In this document: piece by piece, positions 57,791-64,000 of the stretch
Numbering within the stretch: the stretch's first letter is position 1
Layout of the letters: each line of letters starts with the position of its first letter
Source of the DNA: Candidatus Latescibacterota bacterium
Lineage (GTDB): Bacteria > Latescibacterota > UBA2968 > GCA-2709665
Assembly: GCA_965208835.1 (NCBI GenBank)
Contig: OZ242358.1
Span: 4,544,001 to 4,608,000, forward strand
Length of the DNA stretch: 64,000 bases
Direction of reading: 5' to 3'
Program-made: the position numbers and the translations under genes
The notes under the pieces: generated by a model
What the model was told of the DNA's origin: nothing
Seen by the model: only the letters and a program-made list of their open reading frames with translations
Databases searched by the model: none

Positions 57791-59620
57791 ATGGGTGAAG
57801 CTCATACGGCTGACGTAATTGTGGCCAGGGACGTGATGGTCCCGATGCGGGACGGCGTGCGTCTGGCAACCGACCTCTACTTCCCCGGCGAGGTTGCGAA
57901 TCGACGTACCGGGACCTTCCCGGCGGTCCTGGAGCGGACGCCGTACAACAAGAACGGCGGTTCGGCTATCGCAAGCTTTTTCGCGCGTCACGGCTACATC
58001 GCCGCCGTACAGGACTGCAGGGGACGCTACGGTTCCGAGGGCGCGTTCTTCCCGTTCAGGGACGACCCGGAGGACGGGTACGACACCATCGAATGGATCG
58101 CCGATCATCCCTCGTGCAACGGGAAGGTGGGCATGCACGGTTGTTCCTACGATGCGTGGGTGCAGTTCCACGCGGCCACGCAGAACCCACCGTCCCTTGT
58201 GACCATGATTCCATTCGAAGGGCCCATCAACGCCTACCACTACAGCATGCGCGAAGGCGGCGCGCTGCATCTCGGCCTCCTGAACTGGGCGGTCCGGATG
58301 TCGATAACGGGCCACGAGGCGCAGGCGGACCCGGCCATTGCCGAAGCCGTACGGGCGATGTCCGCCGACGGAACACAGTTCCTCGAATGGGCATCCCGCA
58401 TCCCCTGGCGGCGCGGTCAGACGCCGCTGGCGGTGGTCCCGCAATATGAGGACGCGGTCTTCCAGCTTTATTTCGAGAACAACGACTATACGGAATTCTG
58501 GCGGCGGCCGGGATTCGCGATGGACGAATATTTCGATTCGTTTCCCGACATGCCCATCCTCTGGATGGTGGGCTGGTTCGACTGGTATCCCAGGACCATC
58601 ATCGACGGGTACCAGAAGATGGTGAGCATGGGACGCGGGAATCAGCACCTGCTCGTGGGCCCCTGGACCCACGGCAACTGCGAACCGTCCTGCGGAGACG
58701 TGCACTTCGGGCCGGAGGGCGGCCTCCATTTCCATAAGGATTTCCTCCACCTCTACCTGCAGTGGTTCAACCGGTGGCTGAAGGAGGATACCACGGTGGA
58801 CGTGGGCAGCGCTGTGCGGATGTTCCGGATGGGCGGCGGGGACGGCAGCCGGGACAGAGACGGACTCCTGCAACACGGCGGGAAGTGGTTCAGCGTGGAT
58901 GGGTGGCCGCCGAAGGGTTCGCGTTCGATTAACTACTATATCCACGAGAACGGATTTCTGTCGTCCGATGCCCCGTCCGAGGAAGACGCCTCGACCACGT
59001 ACACCTACGACCCGCGCAATACGGTATCCAGCAACGGCCGCTGTATCATCCCCTACGGTCCGATGAAGGAGGGGTGGTTCAAGGGGATGGGGCCCCGCGA
59101 TCAGATCGAGATCGAGACCCTTCCCGGGCATGGCATCCCCGGCATGCCCATCGCCTCACGGCCCGATGTGCTGGTCTTTCAGACCGCGCCGCTGACAGAC
59201 GACCTGTCGATCGCCGGGAACATCAGAGGGAGCCTCTGGATATCCTCGGACGCGCCGGATACCGATTTCTTTCTGAAGCTGCTCGACGTCCATCCCGCCA
59301 GCCCGGACGATCCGAACGGGTACGCCTTCCCCGTTTCCGAAGGCATCCTCAGGGTTCGATATCGTGACAGCTTCGAACATCCGCGTCCGATGGAGCCGGG
59401 AACGGTGTATCGCATCGAGATCGACATGCAGCCGGCGGCAAACCTGTTCAAAGCGGGGCATCGCATCCGACTGGATCTCTGCAGCAGCAACTTTCCGAAT
59501 TACGACATCAACCGCAACACGGGCGATCCCGATGACAGAGACTGGCGCATCGCGCGGAATACCGTCTACCACGAGGCGGGACGAGCCTCATACATAGAAC
59601 TGCCCGTCTGGGAGGCGTGA
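57791..59620 (+). CDS. CocE/NonD family serine hydrolase
   Basis: MRDGVRLATD, RTPY, QDCRGRYGSEG, GCSY, GWFD, GPWTH, SSNFP. Confidence 0.92.
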   Translation: MGEAHTADVIVARDVMVPMRDGVRLATDLYFPGEVANRRTGTFPAVLERTPYNKNGGSAIASFFARHGYIAAVQDCRGRYGSEGAFFPFRDDPEDGYDTIEWIADHPSCNGKVGMHGCSYDAWVQFHAATQNPPSLVTMIPFEGPINAYHYSMREGGALHLGLLNWAVRMSITGHEAQADPAIAEAVRAMSADGTQFLEWASRIPWRRGQTPLAVVPQYEDAVFQLYFENNDYTEFWRRPGFAMDEYFDSFPDMPILWMVGWFDWYPRTIIDGYQKMVSMGRGNQHLLVGPWTHGNCEPSCGDVHFGPEGGLHFHKDFLHLYLQWFNRWLKEDTTVDVGSAVRMFRMGGGDGSRDRDGLLQHGGKWFSVDGWPPKGSRSINYYIHENGFLSSDAPSEEDASTTYTYDPRNTVSSNGRCIIPYGPMKEGWFKGMGPRDQIEIETLPGHGIPGMPIASRPDVLVFQTAPLTDDLSIAGNIRGSLWISSDAPDTDFFLKLLDVHPASPDDPNGYAFPVSEGILRVRYRDSFEHPRPMEPGTVYRIEIDMQPAANLFKAGHRIRLDLCSSNFPNYDINRNTGDPDDRDWRIARNTVYHEAGRASYIELPVWEA

Positions 59621-59646
59621 CAACATTCAATGCGGAGGAGTCAACG

Positions 59647-60711
59647 ATGGAAACGCGAACGTTTCGAGGGAGTCCCGCGGAGATCGGAAGGGCCCAGGGT
59701 TCCATAAGCCCTGAGGCCGCGCAGGACTACCTGAAGTTCTGGCAGGCCCGGCCGCACGATTTCGAGAATTCCTACTTCCGGCAGAACATGGCATTTATGC
59801 GCCGTGAGTTTCCGGATATGATCGAGCAGATTGAATCGTTCGGAGAGGCGGCGGGAATGGCGTCTTTCGACCACGCGTATTACGGCCACATTCTCTGGAC
59901 CGGGCCCGTGGGGGATGCCTGCTCCACGCTTGGAATCGTACTGGATGATGACGGACCCGCGATGCTGTCCACCAATGACGGTGGGACGGATACGGTGCCC
60001 GGAACGGTGTCCGGTTCCGTTGTCTCATTTTTCCCGGACACGAAGCCTCATGGGATGATGGGGTTCGGTTCCAGCAGGCACGTCACACTCGGGATGGGCG
60101 TGAACGACGCCGGTCTGGCCGTGGGGGCGAACTCCGGTCATCGGAAGTTCAACTTCGCCTCCGATCCCGAACATCTGAACCTCTACTTCGTTGTCCACCT
60201 GCTGACGCAGCACTGCGGCGACTGTGACGACGTCCGGCATTTCGTGGAACAGTACCGCCTCTCGGGACAGAAGGGGATGAACCTGGTCACCGTCGACGCC
60301 GAGGGGAACATACTGGGTCTGGAACTGGAGTCCGAGAACATCGCCATTTCGGAGGCGCAGGACGGGATGCTCCTGGAGGTCAATCACTGGCAGCATCCCA
60401 GGCTTCAGAATCCGTCCCGTGAGGCCGACCCCGAATTCTGGGACGGGCCCTACTATTACAACTCACAGGCGCGCGTCATGTATTTCGCGCACTATCGGAA
60501 TGTCTTCGCCCGGTTGAAGACCCTTCAGGAACTGATTGATTTCTCCTTCGACGTCCACGCGCCCGGGCGGATCCTGCAGACGCATGGTCTGAACGTTGGA
60601 GACCTCATCTCCTGCCAGGTGATGTTCGCAACCACGCGAGATCGAAAGATGAGGCTATACCTGCATCCGATCGAGAAAGACGACTACGAGGAGTTTGAAT
60701 TTCCGAATTGA
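59647..60711 (+). CDS. C45-family Ntn-hydrolase, paralog 2
   Basis: DA|CSTLG; shares SYFRxNMAFMRREFP, PEHxNLYF, YYNSQ, DFSFDVHAPGRILQ with 54995..56062. Confidence 0.75.
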   Translation: METRTFRGSPAEIGRAQGSISPEAAQDYLKFWQARPHDFENSYFRQNMAFMRREFPDMIEQIESFGEAAGMASFDHAYYGHILWTGPVGDACSTLGIVLDDDGPAMLSTNDGGTDTVPGTVSGSVVSFFPDTKPHGMMGFGSSRHVTLGMGVNDAGLAVGANSGHRKFNFASDPEHLNLYFVVHLLTQHCGDCDDVRHFVEQYRLSGQKGMNLVTVDAEGNILGLELESENIAISEAQDGMLLEVNHWQHPRLQNPSREADPEFWDGPYYYNSQARVMYFAHYRNVFARLKTLQELIDFSFDVHAPGRILQTHGLNVGDLISCQVMFATTRDRKMRLYLHPIEKDDYEEFEFPN

Positions 60712-60762
60712 ACACAGGGTTGAATTTTCAGTTTGCCGAAACGAGCTTACCTGCATTGCGTG

Positions 60763-60866
60763 CGCTGAGCCTGTCGAAGCAAGTTTGTCGAAATTTCGAA
60801 GTTTCCGCGTTTTGGCGCCGTTTTGACCCTTCGCCGACCCTTCGACAGGCTCAGGGAGCGGCTCTG
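60763..60866. repeat. REP-like CTTCGACAGGCTCAG element, copy 3
   Basis: CTGAGCCTGTCGAAG ... CCCTTCGCCGACCCTTCGACAGGCTCAGGGAGCGGCTC. Confidence 0.8.
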
Positions 60867-61154
60867 GGCCCGAGGCACTGATATACGAAGCCTGACGTGT
60901 CGCATCTTGCAACAAAAAAGGCACTCCGAAGGAAGTTTGTTGCGATTCGGACGCGAATATTGTAGACTTTAAGGCGAATAGGCCGTCTCAATAAGGCCGT
61001 TCCGGCGGCATGATATCCCCGCCAGCCGTCAGGTGCGGCATTTCGCACGCTTGTCCTCTGCCTTTGCCTGACCCGGTCCGGCAAACCGGGGGGACGTATC
61101 GAAAAGGAGTTGGAGTTGAGCCAATCAGCTGAAATCTCGTTCCCGTACGCGAAG

Positions 61155-62030
61155 ATGACAATCCCGAGAACCATCTCGCGCATGGTCGCCCTACTCGTCC
61201 TCACCTTCGGACTCTTCGCACCCAAGGCCGCTTACGCGGGCGCGTGGACCCTTGAAAAGGGCCAGGTGTGGAGCAAGATTACCGGCCTGTACCAGGCCAC
61301 CGATGAACACTACGACAAGGATGGAGAACCGAGCGGATTTCCCGCCGACTATACTTCGCGGGAGGTGTATCTCGACGTGTATTACGGGGTGACCAAGCGC
61401 TTCGATCTCGGCGTTCAGTTTGCGGCGATCAACCGGAAATTCGAAAATTTCACTTCGAACAGGCACCGGGAGATGTTCGGATATCGCGCAAAAGAGTCAG
61501 GTCTGGGCGACATCCGCGTCTTCGGCAAGGTCAACCTCGTTCACGAGCCCGTCGTGGGTACCGTGATGCTTGGTATCAAGGCGCCAACCGGAGATTTCCG
61601 CGCCGCGCCCGAAGCCATGTCCGCCGGCAACGGGCAGTGGGACGTCGAAGTGGTTGCGCAGATCGGCAAGTCCTACTGGCCCATCCCGATATACGCCAAT
61701 ATCGATCTGGGATATCGCCTCCGGGAGACCAACGAGACCATTCACCACAACCCGGACGATGAGTTGATCTACAATGTCGAGATCGGCGGCAGCCCCGTGG
61801 AAATGTTGAACCTTGCCCTCAAGCTGGAAGGGATCTCGGGCGCCGGCCGGCGGGTCACCTATGCGATACCCACGGCGATCGTCAGCCTGCCGCAGGGCAT
61901 CGCCCTGGAAGCCGCGGCGCGCGTGTCCGTGCTCGGCCGCGCCGACCCCTCGCTGGGTGCGCCCTATACGTTTTTCGCAGGTTCCACATTCCTGGTCGGG
62001 ATCTCCTACACGGGAAGCCTGATGCAATAG
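61155..62030 (+). CDS. Outer-membrane beta-barrel 'transporter'-like protein, related to 4572..5396
   Basis: Signal peptide AYA|GAWT, SGLGDI, KAPTG, GNGQWD, LGKS-like GKSYWP.P.Y, DELIY. Confidence 0.7.
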   Translation: MTIPRTISRMVALLVLTFGLFAPKAAYAGAWTLEKGQVWSKITGLYQATDEHYDKDGEPSGFPADYTSREVYLDVYYGVTKRFDLGVQFAAINRKFENFTSNRHREMFGYRAKESGLGDIRVFGKVNLVHEPVVGTVMLGIKAPTGDFRAAPEAMSAGNGQWDVEVVAQIGKSYWPIPIYANIDLGYRLRETNETIHHNPDDELIYNVEIGGSPVEMLNLALKLEGISGAGRRVTYAIPTAIVSLPQGIALEAAARVSVLGRADPSLGAPYTFFAGSTFLVGISYTGSLMQ

Positions 62031-62086
62031 CGGCTTCAACGAAACATCCCAACGCCGCCGATGGAACAGCCAAGGGAACCGGAGAC

Positions 62087-62119
62087 AAAAGGGAAGGGGC
62101 AATGCCCCATCCCTTTTTT
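62087..62119 (+). terminator. Rho-independent terminator
   Basis: AAAAGGGAAGGGGC-AAT-GCCCCATCCCTTTTTT. Confidence 0.75.
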
Positions 62120-62192
62120 AGTTGTCGGAGACGATCAGAAACAGATGATTGGAGTGAGGATCAGTTGCATAGGGAACGCGGGTTCGACGCGG

Positions 62193-63269
62193 ATGATTGC
62201 GATTTTCTGGTTGTTTCTTGCAAGCGCAGCGGTACACGCGCACACCCCGACCCCGGCTTCTGAGACGCCGCAAATCTCGGAATTACATCGCGGGGTCTGT
62301 TTCGTCGCCGGGCCCGGCCGCCCCACGGATGCGGCTTTCGACCGCCTGGCCGCGTTGAACGTGAACTGGATTTCCCAGACGCCGTTCGGGTGGCAGCGCA
62401 GCGCCGGCAGCCCCGAGGTAATCCTGGCGACTTCCGGCCGCGTCTGGTGGGGGGAATCGGACGAGGGCCTGGAGGATGCGGCCCGAAGGGCGCGGCAGCG
62501 AGGCATACGGACGATACTGAAGCCACACGTCTGGATCCGTGACCGCGGTGACGGGAGATGGCGTGGGAATATCGACTTTTCGACGCCTGAAAAATGGGAC
62601 ACGTGGTGGGCAAGTTATCGGCGGTTTATCCTCCACTACGCCGCACTCGCGGAATCCACGGGGATGGAGGCGCTGTGTATTGGAACGGAACTCCGCAGCG
62701 CCGTGTTGAACCGCCCCGACGCCTGGCGCAAGTTGATCGCGGACGTGCGGGCGGTGTACAGGGGTGAACTCACCTATTCGGCGAACTGGTACCGGGAATT
62801 CGAGGAGGTGCCCTTCTGGGACGCGCTCGATTACATTGGACTCCAGGTCTACTTCCCGCTGGCGGACAGCTCCGACGCCGCTTTGACGGTCGACGAGTTT
62901 AAGGCTGCGTGGGCGCCCCATGTAAAGCTGATCGAAACAGTACAGCAGCGGGTGGACAAGCCGGTACTCTTCACGGAGGTGGGCTACAGGAGTACCGCGG
63001 ATGCTGCCGTGGAGCCGTGGGTGTGGCGGTCGGCGGCGCCTGTGGACCTCGAGCTGCAGGCAGCCTGTTACGAGGCGATGTTCCGGACGTTCTGGCGTAA
63101 GCCCTGGTTTGCGGGCACGCACGTGTGGAAGTGGTTCCCGGAGGGGAGTACGCAATTCGGAGGACGACGCGCTCGCCGCCACGCACTTCAAAGGGAACGG
63201 GGATTCACGCCGCAGGGCAAACCCGCGGAAGAGGTGCTTGCACGTTGGTACAGAGGGGACGGGGAATGA
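62193..63269 (+). CDS. GH113-like (clan GH-A) glycoside hydrolase
   Basis: Signal peptide, LKPHVW, IGTEL (acid/base), TYSANW, FWDALDYIG..YFPL, LFTEVGY (nucleophile), FTPQGKPA. Confidence 0.85.
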   Translation: MIAIFWLFLASAAVHAHTPTPASETPQISELHRGVCFVAGPGRPTDAAFDRLAALNVNWISQTPFGWQRSAGSPEVILATSGRVWWGESDEGLEDAARRARQRGIRTILKPHVWIRDRGDGRWRGNIDFSTPEKWDTWWASYRRFILHYAALAESTGMEALCIGTELRSAVLNRPDAWRKLIADVRAVYRGELTYSANWYREFEEVPFWDALDYIGLQVYFPLADSSDAALTVDEFKAAWAPHVKLIETVQQRVDKPVLFTEVGYRSTADAAVEPWVWRSAAPVDLELQAACYEAMFRTFWRKPWFAGTHVWKWFPEGSTQFGGRRARRHALQRERGFTPQGKPAEEVLARWYRGDGE

Positions 63270-63565
63270 ATACAGGTCGACATCCGGAAACCAGACACCG
63301 AAACCACGCGATTATCGGGAGAGATTCCAGGCTGATAACGTATGTTGGCGCAGTGATCAAATACAACCCTTTACTTCACCTCGATTGTTTCCCATATTAG
63401 GCCATGCACCGTGGCCCACGAAGGCTTCACGCAGCGGCGTGGTGTCGAAGTGATTTATGATTGACTGTCGCAATTCTACGAAATCTTCTTCGAACCGTAT
63501 CTGCATTTTCGGCCAACTTTGCGGCGCCGGGGATAACTCTACACCACCTGACAGGAGGTAGAACC

Positions 63566-63886
63566 ATGGCCAATTACATGTTCCGCACCAGGTACACGCG
63601 GTCGGGTCTTGAGGGCCTGCTCAGAGAGGGAGGCACGGGACGCCGGGAAGCTTTGAGGCAGACCATCGAAGGGATGGGCGGCAAGCTGGAGGGCTTCTAC
63701 TACGCGATGGGCGATGACGACCTCATCCTGATCGCCGACATACCCGATGAAACCACTGCGGCGGCCCTCGCCCTCAACATCGCCGCGGCGGGCGCTCTGG
63801 AAGTCTCCACGACGGTCCTGATATCGCCGGAGACCATCGACGAAGCGGTGAACAGAAGCGTATCGTACCGGCTGCCTGGCGAGTGA
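63566..63886 (+). CDS. GYD domain-containing protein
   Basis: Start MANY after AGGAGG; R.EA....IE.MGGKL..FYYAMGDDD....AD.PD pattern. Confidence 0.85.
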   Translation: MANYMFRTRYTRSGLEGLLREGGTGRREALRQTIEGMGGKLEGFYYAMGDDDLILIADIPDETTAAALALNIAAAGALEVSTTVLISPETIDEAVNRSVSYRLPGE

Positions 63887-64000
63887 TCGGGCAAAGCATC
63901 ACGAAAACAGGATAACCGGAAGCCGGCACGGAAATCGTGGAGGCGTCGATGAGTGCCGAACGCCGAACCGACAGTGATCGGTCGATTCACCGGATAGATT

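Noticed and set aside
62193-63269. Gene transfer agent link (GH113-like proteins can hit the GTA TIM-barrel domain)
   Set aside because: No phage or GTA genes nearby; the signal peptide and two catalytic Glu motifs fit a glycosidase.

Overview
GC-rich bacterial chromosomal window with about 50 CDSs and no rRNA, tRNA, CRISPR array or intact transposase. Gene content points to an FCB-superphylum organism resembling Latescibacterota or another marine/sponge-associated lineage; this is inference from the PorV and T9SS-CTD-like genes, GWxTD, DUF6785, multiple PhyH genes and an EF-hand/dockerin-like 'DFD..G...F.DF' module. 1-10.8 kb is minus-strand: a small catabolic operon (TPP E1-alpha, SDR, RidA, 2-hydroxyacid dehydrogenase), a vapBC pair, an OMP gene, an 11x Ig-repeat/DM13 surface protein and a DSD1-type PLP enzyme. 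11-64 kb is almost all plus-strand and looks like a catabolic island. Its core is a four-gene outer-membrane cassette (beta-barrel OMP, TonB-dependent receptor, FN3/T9SS-CTD-like protein, PorV-like barrel) with no SusD, followed by a DUF6785 inner-membrane protein. It also has many hydrolases and oxidoreductases lacking obvious signal peptides, often as paralog pairs (2 GH42-like, 2 C45, 2 PhyH plus a remnant, 3 propellers). One PhyH has a halogenase-type HxG motif. Intergenic DNA holds at least six non-autonomous repeat families, including one MITE nested in another, and there are several gene truncation scars. All family assignments come from motifs read by eye; no database searches were run.
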